IMG/VR virus record: IMGVR_UViG_3300043642_000037
Coordinates: 64,001-128,000 of that record
Strand: one strand, 5' to 3'
DNA length: 64,000 bases
Source of the DNA: a virus
Taxonomy: Duplodnaviria > Caudoviricetes
Part shown: in pieces, positions 1-7,659 of the stretch
Layout of the letters: each line of letters begins with the position of its first letter
Numbering within the stretch: position 1 is the stretch's first letter
The notes under the pieces: model-generated
What the model was told of the DNA's origin: nothing
Database searches by the model: none
What the model saw: only the letters and a program-made list of their open reading frames with translations
Translations under genes and position numbers: made by a program

Positions 1-118
1 TGTCGGTGAACTGGACCTCGTCGAGCAGGATGTTGTTGTCCGCGCGGTCCCGGAGGAACATGCGAACCTGGTCCCTCGAGAGGATGACGGGCGTGGTTGG
101 CGTCGCTACGACCGGCAT
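1..118 (-). CDS. 5' part of a probable head-completion/neck protein (runs off the window)
   Basis: Manual translation MPVVATPTTPVILSRDQVRMFLRDRADNNILLDEVQFTD; its ATG overlaps the TGA of the upstream gene (TGATG); lies downstream of the capsid module. Confidence 0.55.
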   Translation of the reverse strand, partial: MPVVATPTTPVILSRDQVRMFLRDRADNNILLDEVQFTD

Positions 119-618
119 CAGCGCACGAACGTCCTCTCCAGGCTGGCGACGACCCGAGCGATCTGCGCGGCTGCGTTCGCGGTGCTCACGATTTTGATGG
201 CCTGGTAGGGGAACACCACCACCTTGAGCTTGGTTTCATCCAGCGCCAGAAACGTCACGCCGGTGGCCTGCTCGATCGTGATGTCCTCCCCGGCGACGGT
301 CGTCGGGAGGTCGTCGTTGACCGTGGACGGTACGAGGTTGCAGAGCTTGACTACGACGTCGCTCGCGGCACCGAAGTCGACGTGGATCTGCGTGCACATC
401 AACGGCTCGTTGGCGTTCCAGAAGAACAACCCGCCCTTGGCCGCGGCTGGGTACTTGTACACTGCGTTCGCCTGGCTGAGCGGGCTGTCGGCTCGAACGC
501 CCGCGGCCTGCGGAAGGGTCCCGTCGAAGTTGCCCGCCGCCGAGATCCTCTGCTGGATGACGGTGGACCAGCTGAACGCCTGACGAGAGGCTACCGGGGT
601 GACGGAGGGTGACGCCAT
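118..618 (-). CDS. hypothetical virion structural protein (166 aa)
   Basis: Beta-rich composition; -10-like box 8 nt upstream; coupled to the next gene. Confidence 0.6.
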   Translation of the reverse strand: MASPSVTPVASRQAFSWSTVIQQRISAAGNFDGTLPQAAGVRADSPLSQANAVYKYPAAAKGGLFFWNANEPLMCTQIHVDFGAASDVVVKLCNLVPSTVNDDLPTTVAGEDITIEQATGVTFLALDETKLKVVVFPYQAIKIVSTANAAAQIARVVASLERTFVR

Positions 619-626
619 ACCGTTGT

Positions 627-634
627 ATTGTAGG
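627..634 (-). promoter_or_regulatory. -10 element CCTACAAT, probable leaderless transcript
   Basis: TACAAT ends 8 nt before ATG 618; no Shine-Dalgarno; same motif recurs at other gene starts. Confidence 0.55.
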
Positions 635-744
635 CCATGAACAAGTGCAAGGAGCTTGAAGTCGCACGTAACATGGAAGCCGCATGCACGTTAGGAGCTG
701 GCGCGCGGTCTCGTCGGCATCTAGATGGGCGTAGATGGGCAGAG

Positions 745-762
745 GCCGATGTCACCATCGGC
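745..762. other. intergenic hairpin GCCGATG-TCAC-CATCGGC next to a TAGATGGGC direct repeat (722-740)
   Basis: Perfect 7-bp stem just past the end of the capsid/fibre genes; no U-tract. Confidence 0.35.
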
Positions 763-800
763 TCACGTGAACCCCCTCGACGTCTTTGGCGTGGCGATGA

Positions 801-1451
801 CTAGGCGAAGGTCTCGCGCGTGTCGGGCCCGAATTCGTCCGACTTCTCGAAGCGCACGACGTACGAGAAGCCGGGGTTGACCAGGATCGGATTTCGCCAT
901 CGCCCGCCCGCGTCGGTTGTGGTTACGCCCACCGGACGCGTCAGGTTGCCGGCCGCGTAGTCGCTCTTGAAGTACACGCGGATCTGCGCGTTCTCGATCG
1001 GGGACCCGCCGGGCGTCACGTACGACAGCTCGCCGGGCAGCTGGTAGTCGTGATCGATCTTGGTCGTGTTCTCGAACGGCGGCGGAGGCACCGCGGACGA
1101 GCCACCGAGGCCGACGTCGAATGGGCTCCACTGGATCGCGTCCGATACGGTCCCGTCCTGGAGCACGACGCGGAGACGGTAGAAGTAGGTCTGCAGCGCG
1201 AGCGGGATCGTGTCGGACGGGACGAGGGCCAGGTTGACGGCGGCGCGCTCGAGGCGAAACGACAGGCCGGACGGGTTGTCGACGGTCGTCAACTGCACGG
1301 CGTTCGTGCTCGAGTCGGGGCTCGTTCGGACGAGGAACTCCGCAGTCGCGCCGAGGAGCCGCTCGACGGGAAGGGGTTGACCGTTCACGTCGACGAGGTC
1401 GACGATCTTCGAGAAGGACGCGCCTCGGATGACATCGATTCGATTAGACAT
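801..1451 (-). CDS. BppU-N-like fibre-anchoring protein with C-terminal Ig-like domain
   Basis: N-terminal pattern IRGASF...DVNGQP...YFYRLRVVLQDGTV resembles BppU-N domains; C-terminal 'GSPIENAQIRVY..TTTDAGGRW' resembles an Ig/carboxypeptidase-regulatory-like domain. Confidence 0.5.
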   Translation of the reverse strand: MSNRIDVIRGASFSKIVDLVDVNGQPLPVERLLGATAEFLVRTSPDSSTNAVQLTTVDNPSGLSFRLERAAVNLALVPSDTIPLALQTYFYRLRVVLQDGTVSDAIQWSPFDVGLGGSSAVPPPPFENTTKIDHDYQLPGELSYVTPGGSPIENAQIRVYFKSDYAAGNLTRPVGVTTTDAGGRWRNPILVNPGFSYVVRFEKSDEFGPDTRETFA

Positions 1452-3636
1452 CGTTCTTGCTCCTGATCACGCCGAACAGGTGGACCTGTTCGGACGCTCG
1501 CGACTCGATGGACGGCACCACTACGCGACCCTCGAGCTTGCCCGCGGCGCGTCCGGGCGGGATCGACGGGACCACGGCGGACACGCCCTCCCCGACCTGC
1601 GTCTGCACCTCGGACCCACGCAGCGATATCGCAGCCGGCACGATCGGCACGGCGTAGGTCACGCGCGTCTGGAGCACGGCTCCGACGAGCACCAGCACGG
1701 CCGGCGTCACCGCGTCCTGCGCGCCGGACGTTACAAGGTCCTGCACGTTTCCGCCCAGGAGCGTCACGGCCGCGGGCCCCACCGAGACCTTTCGCGCGAC
1801 GCGAGCAGGGACCTGTCCTCCGGACAGCGAGATCCCCGCAGGTTGAATCGCGACACGCCGAGCGACGGCGACCGGCACGACACCGCCGACCAGCGCGACC
1901 AGCGCCGGCGTGATCGAGTCCTTCTGGCTGTTGGACACCTGGTCCTGCACGTCGCCGCCGACGATCGACAGGGCCGCGGGCGCCACGGACACGACACGCG
2001 TCACGCGATCGGGGACGCTGCCGCCGACGAGCGCGATCGCGGCAGGCACCACCGTGTCCATGCGCTCGACGCCTTCGACGACCGTCCCTCCCGTGATCAC
2101 CAGCGACGCCGGGGTGACTGCGACGCGGTACGCGACTCGCTCGCCGACGACCTGACCAACCAGGGAGGTCGACGCAGACGTTACGGGCTCAGAGAACGCC
2201 GGTTGGATCGCGACCAGACGGAGCTGCGCGCCCTGCGCGGGCGAGTGAGTCCACGTGACGCTGCGCGTGCTCGGGCCGGCGCCCGCGGGGACGTACAGGT
2301 ACGCCATCGCGCCTTGGACCTCGCCGAACTCGTTGTTCACCAAGTACGACTGCGCGACCGTGAATCCGCCATCAGGCACGGCGGTGTACGGGGTTCCCAC
2401 GCCCGGTGACGGGCTCGAGAACGGTGGAACCACCGGGGACGATCCCCACCAGTAGGCGACGAGCAGGGCCTCTCCGTCGATCGATATCGTCGGGCTGATC
2501 TGCTGCGTCGTGCCCGACGCGTTGGCGACGTTGTTGTGGACCTCCGTGACCCGGGGATGTCCGCCGGCGACGACCGCGACGAGCGCGAACGTCGTGTTCT
2601 CGTCGCTCGTGGTGACGGGCTGCGTGAAGGTTTGCCCGACGTCGCCGACCATCGGGGCCGGCGTGAGCGCCACGACGGTTCCGTATCCCGGGAAGTCGGG
2701 ATAGTCGACGACGACGCCCACGATGACCGCTGAGGCCACGTTCTTGCTGTCGGTCCACGCCACGGACACGTCGCTGCTCTTGCCGCCGGCGCACAGCAGC
2801 ACCACGGCACCCGACGTCGGGGTGTCCACGGTCACGCTCGATGAGCGATTCGCGAAGGCGAAACGCTGGAAGTCGACAGCCGTTGGGCCGAGCGAAATCA
2901 GGCCGCCCTGACCCTCCGGCACGCTTCCGCCGGCGATCGTCACGAGCGCGGAAGACACGGAGTCCGCGTAGGACCTCTTGACCGACACTGATCCGCCGAC
3001 CAGGGTGACGGAGGCCGGCGTCACCCCGTCCGAGTTTCCCCCGCGCCCCTCGCTGACGCTCCCGCCGACCATGGTCAACGTCGCAGGCGACACGACGTCC
3101 TTGAGGCCGAGCTTCTCGCCGATCGCGCCTCCCGCGATCACGATTGCGGCCGGCGTGATCGTGTCCCCCGACACGCCGTCGTCGATCGCGCTCACGCCGC
3201 CGATGAACTCGAAGTTCGTGCCGCCTCCCTGGCGACCGATCTCGAGAAGCAGCGTCGGGTCGAGAAACGGGCCGGGGAAGTCCACGCTCAGCGTGGTGTT
3301 TCCGGTCGTCGCGCCGGTGACCGTCGCGGTCAGGTGGCCAACGTCGGCGTCGACAACCAGCGTGATCGGCTGGCCCGGAGACCACGTCAGCGGGAATGAG
3401 AAGGCCAGATTGTCGTCTGGGTTGGTGTACAGCTCGAGGTTCTTGTCGTTGAACCAGAGCCCGCCGTGAAGCTGACCGAGGATCGCGTGGAAGTTGCCGC
3501 CGGTGTACGCGACGCTTCCGTCGGTCGGCGTGATGACGATGCGCCACTTCCCGGCGTTGATCGTGGACGCGGCCGCGTCGAAGGTTCCCCCGGTGAAGTC
3601 CTGGGGAACCGTCGTTATGTTGAGGACGACGGTCAC
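1444..3636 (-). CDS. putative head fibre/spike protein with ~22-aa repeats and lectin-like beta domains
   Basis: Repeated (V/I)xPAx(I/L/V)x(L/I)xGGxV motif in two blocks, separated by beta-sandwich-like domains; follows the capsid genes. Confidence 0.6.
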   Translation of the reverse strand: MTVVLNITTVPQDFTGGTFDAAASTINAGKWRIVITPTDGSVAYTGGNFHAILGQLHGGLWFNDKNLELYTNPDDNLAFSFPLTWSPGQPITLVVDADVGHLTATVTGATTGNTTLSVDFPGPFLDPTLLLEIGRQGGGTNFEFIGGVSAIDDGVSGDTITPAAIVIAGGAIGEKLGLKDVVSPATLTMVGGSVSEGRGGNSDGVTPASVTLVGGSVSVKRSYADSVSSALVTIAGGSVPEGQGGLISLGPTAVDFQRFAFANRSSSVTVDTPTSGAVVLLCAGGKSSDVSVAWTDSKNVASAVIVGVVVDYPDFPGYGTVVALTPAPMVGDVGQTFTQPVTTSDENTTFALVAVVAGGHPRVTEVHNNVANASGTTQQISPTISIDGEALLVAYWWGSSPVVPPFSSPSPGVGTPYTAVPDGGFTVAQSYLVNNEFGEVQGAMAYLYVPAGAGPSTRSVTWTHSPAQGAQLRLVAIQPAFSEPVTSASTSLVGQVVGERVAYRVAVTPASLVITGGTVVEGVERMDTVVPAAIALVGGSVPDRVTRVVSVAPAALSIVGGDVQDQVSNSQKDSITPALVALVGGVVPVAVARRVAIQPAGISLSGGQVPARVARKVSVGPAAVTLLGGNVQDLVTSGAQDAVTPAVLVLVGAVLQTRVTYAVPIVPAAISLRGSEVQTQVGEGVSAVVPSIPPGRAAGKLEGRVVVPSIESRASEQVHLFGVIRSKNDV

Positions 3637-3649
3637 GACCGCCTCTCGG

Positions 3650-4078
3650 CTAGGTCGCGGTCATCGTCCAGAGGTTGGACGACAGGATCTGATACGTCTC
3701 GCCGGTTACGCCGTTCAGCGTAATGGAGGACCCGTGGTCGATGAATCCCAGCACGGGCTTGCCGGACGCCGTGTCGTCGTAGAACACGACATAGCGGAAC
3801 GCGGCCATGCTTCCGGTGTTGGCGGTCCAGGTCGGGTTCGACGGGGCGATGGCGATCGTCTCGACGTTGCTGGACCTGGACTTGGTGCAGTTCACGTTGA
3901 CGCCGCCAGCCGCGTAGCCGTTGCCGGCCGAGATCTCGGTGATGTCGGTCTTGACCGCGGTCGTCGCCTGGACCGGCGCGACGTTGGTCAGCATCGCCTT
4001 GATGACGTTGGTGCCGAAGACGTGCGCGCCTATCGACAGGTTGTCGACGAGGACGTTGACGGGCAGGAAAGTGGCCAT
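3650..4078 (-). CDS. conserved phage virion protein (fibre-associated)
   Basis: Motifs 'ITEISAGNGYAAGG' and 'FRYVVFYDDT..LGFIDHGSSITL' of a widespread small phage structural family. Confidence 0.65.
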   Translation of the reverse strand: MATFLPVNVLVDNLSIGAHVFGTNVIKAMLTNVAPVQATTAVKTDITEISAGNGYAAGGVNVNCTKSRSSNVETIAIAPSNPTWTANTGSMAAFRYVVFYDDTASGKPVLGFIDHGSSITLNGVTGETYQILSSNLWTMTAT

Positions 4079-4101
4079 GACCGATTACCTTTCCGGGTCG
4101 G

Positions 4102-4581
4102 CTACGAGCGCCGACCAGCCTTTCGGGAGTCCGACCTGCCGGATGGCTTGTTGGACCCCTCGGGCTTGGTGGACATGTCGGTCATCGCGTCGTCTTCCGG
4201 CGGCTGGGCGGGGCCGACGTCGTCGACATGATCGGCCGCGCCGGGTGGGCTGACGCTCTCGACGGACGACGCCTCGGAGGTCTCGGGCGGGGCCTCTGTC
4301 CCGGCGGCTTCGGGGTCTCCGGACGGCTCCGGGTCGTTGGTGACAACCGGGGCCTCGGGTGGGCCGAGGTCGCTGGGCGGATCGTCATCCGGGACGTCGA
4401 CCGGAAGGCGGGCAAGGGTCACCCACTGCGCGGCCACGACGCGCTGCAGAACCGGATTGCTCCCCTCGCGGTCCGGAACGTCCCGATGCGACGGGCCGTT
4501 CAAGACCACGGGAAGCCCGTGCTCGTCCTTGACCGCTGACAGGTCAAGGACACCAGGGCTGGTTTTGGCGATCCTCAGCAT
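4102..4581 (-). CDS. hypothetical protein with acidic Pro-rich disordered tail
   Basis: Starts 4 nt after the MCP stop; in operon. Confidence 0.6.
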   Translation of the reverse strand: MLRIAKTSPGVLDLSAVKDEHGLPVVLNGPSHRDVPDREGSNPVLQRVVAAQWVTLARLPVDVPDDDPPSDLGPPEAPVVTNDPEPSGDPEAAGTEAPPETSEASSVESVSPPGAADHVDDVGPAQPPEDDAMTDMSTKPEGSNKPSGRSDSRKAGRRS

Positions 4582-4585
4582 GCGA

Positions 4586-5530
4586 TCACAGGGGGAAGTC
4601 GATGCGCTGGAAGGCCAGGGTGTTGCCGATGCCGATGCCGGGAGCGGCGTAGCTCCAGAACTCGATCAGATCCGCCTCCTGTTTGATGTACAGCGTCGCG
4701 TCCTGGAGCAGGAAGAACACGCCGAGGTAGTTCTGCGGCGCGAAGATGTACGCGCTGCGGCGGCCGATCGTCGGATCCGTCGACGGGTTGTCGATGATCT
4801 CGTTCTTGATCGAAGAAACCACTGGGATGCCCCAGAGCTTCTCCTCTGCCTCGATGCCGAGGTCGTAGTGCCGCGACGCCACGTCGTTGCCGACCGAGGT
4901 GGCGGGCAGGTCGATGGCCTCGTAGTACAGCTCCTTGGACATCAGCATCTTGCCGATCGGCTGCTTGCGACGGACGAGCGCCTGGAATCCCTTCTTGAAG
5001 GCGGACGAGCCGAAGCTCGCGGCCTGGGTGCGCTGGGTGGCCAGGTTGAGCGCGATCAGGCCGTTGATCGTGTCCGTGAACTTCTGGTCTTCCTGGTCCG
5101 ACATGTCCTTGACGGAGTTGTCGGACAGGATCTTCCTGATGTCGTTCTGGTACGTCATCAGGTTCCACTTCCGGGTCTTGAAGTGCTGGCTCTCCGTCTT
5201 GCCGAAGTAGACGGCGAAGCGCTTGCCCCGGAAGAACGTCGAGCGGCCGCTGCCGTTGAAGGGAACGAACGTGGCGATGGAGTCGGGCTCCTTCTCCACG
5301 ATCTTCTTCGGCATGTCGCTGTTCTCGTCGCGATCCAGCTCGTCGTCCTGGAGCAGGATCGGCTCGATGATCTCGCGGGCGAAGCTCTCCTGTCGGAGCC
5401 GCTGGCGGACGAACGCGCTGCCCTCGGCCTCCGCCTCCTTGGTGCGGCCCTCCTCGAGCTTGCGAACGAAGTTGCTGTTGATGTACTGGGCCGAAACCTG
5501 CTGGGTCTCGGTCTTGTAGGCTGCCGACAT
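4586..5530 (-). CDS. major capsid protein (HK97 fold)
   Basis: 314 aa; strong RBS AGGAG; follows protease, scaffold and decoration genes; HK97-like 'KLWGIPVVSSIK' and C-terminal 'IGIGN..AF.RIDF'; TKEA near the N-terminus. Confidence 0.85.
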   Translation of the reverse strand: MSAAYKTETQQVSAQYINSNFVRKLEEGRTKEAEAEGSAFVRQRLRQESFAREIIEPILLQDDELDRDENSDMPKKIVEKEPDSIATFVPFNGSGRSTFFRGKRFAVYFGKTESQHFKTRKWNLMTYQNDIRKILSDNSVKDMSDQEDQKFTDTINGLIALNLATQRTQAASFGSSAFKKGFQALVRRKQPIGKMLMSKELYYEAIDLPATSVGNDVASRHYDLGIEAEEKLWGIPVVSSIKNEIIDNPSTDPTIGRRSAYIFAPQNYLGVFFLLQDATLYIKQEADLIEFWSYAAPGIGIGNTLAFQRIDFPL

Positions 5531-5578
5531 TCAGATCTCCTGGGGGTCTTCGAGGGTTGATGGTTGCCCGGCCGAAGG

Positions 5579-6040
5579 CTACTTGGCGGCCGTGTCGCCG
5601 CCGGAGTAGTAGACGACGATCGTGCCATCGGTCGCGGTGTTGTCCTCGAGGACCTCGCCGATGATCTGGTTGTTGGTGACCGCCGGCTGCCACTTGCCGG
5701 CGGAGAACGTGAGGCGCGTGCTCGGCGGGTAGCTGCCCGCGCCGAGGTTGCTCGGGTCGAGCCGGAACACCGCGTTGGCGCGGAGGCAGACGGCCTTCTG
5801 GAGGAAGGCGCCGGCTGGATCGTCGTTGCCTTCGACGACGACCCAGGTGGAGATCGCCTCGACGGTCGACCGATCCGGGGTGGTGGCGGCGATGACCGCG
5901 CCATCGGTGCCGAGCTTGACCACCATGCCCAGGACGATGGAATCGAAGGTCCCGGTGGTGACGTGGATCGGGTACGTCTCGTCGATCGCACCCTCCTTGG
6001 GATACCCGCGCAGAATGTCGAACTTCGAGTTGAGCAGCAT
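5579..6040 (-). CDS. capsid decoration/cement protein
   Basis: 153 aa, immediately upstream of the MCP; beta-tulip-like 'GMVVKLGTDG', 'QIIGEVLE'; RBS GGAGG. Confidence 0.65.
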   Translation of the reverse strand: MLLNSKFDILRGYPKEGAIDETYPIHVTTGTFDSIVLGMVVKLGTDGAVIAATTPDRSTVEAISTWVVVEGNDDPAGAFLQKAVCLRANAVFRLDPSNLGAGSYPPSTRLTFSAGKWQPAVTNNQIIGEVLEDNTATDGTIVVYYSGGDTAAK

Positions 6041-6064
6041 GTCAGTTTCCTCCGTGGGTGCGAG

Positions 6065-6412
6065 CTACGAGAGAATCCAGTTTCCGAAGCGGCCGAAGGC
6101 GTCGTCCGACGCCTGCTTGATGCCTCGGGATTCGTTGGTTTCGGGATCCGCAGGCGAGCCGAGGGCCTCGACAACGCCAGACTGCTTCTGGAGCACGTTC
6201 TCGACGTACGCCAGGACGGACGGGTCGGTCTCCGCCAGCTTCCGTCGGATGTCGTCCGGGATGGCCTCGCCGTGCGCGGACGCGTGCGCGGACGCGACTT
6301 TGTCGACGCGAGCCAGACGAACGGACTCGGCGGCGGCTTGCTTCTCGCCCTCGACCGCATCCACGTACGTGGCCACGGCATCGAACACGTTGGCGACCTT
6401 GCGAAGGTTCAC
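6065..6412 (-). CDS. putative scaffold/core protein
   Basis: Helical; 5 of 6 Lys are in K-x-A; upstream of decoration and MCP genes. Confidence 0.6.
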   Translation of the reverse strand: MNLRKVANVFDAVATYVDAVEGEKQAAAESVRLARVDKVASAHASAHGEAIPDDIRRKLAETDPSVLAYVENVLQKQSGVVEALGSPADPETNESRGIKQASDDAFGRFGNWILS

Positions 6413-6561
6413 GAGCGCCCTCCTGCGAGCTTGCGCAGCGCGGTGATTCCGGCCGCGGCGGTGATGATGCGGACGGACTGGATCCTCCGGTGAGCGTCAC
6501 GCAGGTCCGCTTCGGCGCGGAGGTCGCTGGCGATCTTCCTGAGCGCGTCGGAATCACGCAT
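6409..6561 (-). CDS. small head/core protein (50 aa)
   Basis: MRDSDALRKIASDLRAEAD...ALRKLAGGRS; overlaps both neighbours; two K-x-A. Confidence 0.55.
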   Translation of the reverse strand: MRDSDALRKIASDLRAEADLRDAHRRIQSVRIITAAAGITALRKLAGGRS

Positions 6562-6733
6562 GGCCGTCACCGTCCTGTCGCAGGGCGGAGGCCATCCGGC
6601 GAAGCGCCTGCGCGAGGTCCGTGCGCGGCTGCGCGGCGGCTTCCTTGACGGCGGAGCGCTCCTCGCGCCGCCGACGATCCGCCTCGCGAGCGCCGCGGAC
6701 GGCGTCGTCGATCGCGTCGACAATCCTGGTCAT
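6554..6733 (-). CDS. small head/core protein (59 aa, not in ORF track)
   Basis: Manual translation MTRIVDAIDDAVRGAREADRRRREERSAVKEAAAQPRTDLAQALRRMASALRQDGDGHA; ATGA overlap with the upstream gene. Confidence 0.55.
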   Translation of the reverse strand: MTRIVDAIDDAVRGAREADRRRREERSAVKEAAAQPRTDLAQALRRMASALRQDGDGHA

Positions 6734-7005
6734 TGCCCCGGCTCCCTGGTCATGCTGTGGAGACCCCTGATGATGCTGGGCGCGGCGAGCCCGGTTGCGA
6801 CGCCGGCGCCGTACCCGACGTTTCGCGCGCGGGCGCGTGCCTCGCGCTCGTGGGCGCGCATCATGAGCGCGATCGGGATGCCGGCCGCGGCGGCGCCCAT
6901 GCCGCCGGCCGCCACCAGCGGGCCCAGGTCCGACGCCGTCCGGACAACGGACAACGCCGCGGCGCGGAGCCGATCAATCACGCACATGTCCGAGTCACCC
7001 GACAT
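6730..7005 (-). CDS. small Gly/Ala-rich hydrophobic head protein (91 aa)
   Basis: Start re-assigned to ATG 7005, just after the stop at 7008; two glycine-zipper-like segments. Confidence 0.55.
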   Translation of the reverse strand: MSGDSDMCVIDRLRAAALSVVRTASDLGPLVAAGGMGAAAAGIPIALMMRAHEREARARARNVGYGAGVATGLAAPSIIRGLHSMTREPGQ

Positions 7006-7007
7006 GC

Positions 7008-7607
7008 TCAGCGCGCGGCCTCGATGAGTCGAGCCGTGTCCGCGAAGCCGGCGACGAAGCTGTCGCTGGCCGTCTTGTGGATCCACTGGACGGTGCCGTT
7101 GTGGCCGTACAGCCACGCGGCCTCGGCGAGCTTGGTGAGGTCGATCTTGGTCTGCTCGTAGCCCAGGTCGTGGGCGTCGCGGACGATGTCCGGGTTCGCC
7201 GAGGCGAACTTCTCGAAGTCGTCGACGCCACCCGAGACCGCCGCGGTCTTCACGGCTGGCAGGGTTGTCGCGGTCCTCTGCGCGGCCTCGTCGTACTGGG
7301 CGAGGCGGGCCATGAATCCGTCGCACACCGCGGCGCCGTACAGGTTCGCCTCCTTGATGGTCGCGGCGTGCTCGTCCGCGACGACGCTCGCCGCGAGCTT
7401 GGTGAGGTCGTCGAGCGGCGAGGACTGCCCCGCCGTCTTGGTCGACGCCTCGACCTCGGCGGTCGCTTCCTTGAGGGCCTGCCGAAGCCCGGCCGCCGCG
7501 GCGTCGCTGGGCGACCCCCCGCTCGAAATGGCACGAGGAGACGGAGCCGCGGCGGCCGTCTTCTCGGCCTCGGGCTCCAGTAGCTGAAACGCTTGCGTGA
7601 GCATCAT
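7008..7607 (-). CDS. putative scaffold/core protein
   Basis: Start 7607 with GGAG RBS and upstream promoter; 9 of 10 Lys are in K-x-A. Confidence 0.65.
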   Translation of the reverse strand: MMLTQAFQLLEPEAEKTAAAAPSPRAISSGGSPSDAAAAGLRQALKEATAEVEASTKTAGQSSPLDDLTKLAASVVADEHAATIKEANLYGAAVCDGFMARLAQYDEAAQRTATTLPAVKTAAVSGGVDDFEKFASANPDIVRDAHDLGYEQTKIDLTKLAEAAWLYGHNGTVQWIHKTASDSFVAGFADTARLIEAAR

Positions 7608-7629
7608 GTGCGGTCTCCGTTGCAACGAG

Positions 7630-7658
7630 ATGATAGGGCGGTTGTCGAAAATCCCCAA
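7630..7658 (-). promoter_or_regulatory. sigma70-type promoter TTGGGG-N17-TATCAT for scaffold/capsid genes
   Basis: 17-nt spacer; nearly identical boxes to the promoter at 18125-18153. Confidence 0.6.
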
Positions 7659-7659
7659 G

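Noticed and set aside
637-804. 55-codon plus-strand ORF filling the intergenic gap
   Set aside because: No RBS, atypical composition and opposite to the operon; likely chance.
5531-5581. Stop readthrough from the decoration protein into the MCP
   Set aside because: The two genes are not in frame, and the MCP has its own strong RBS.
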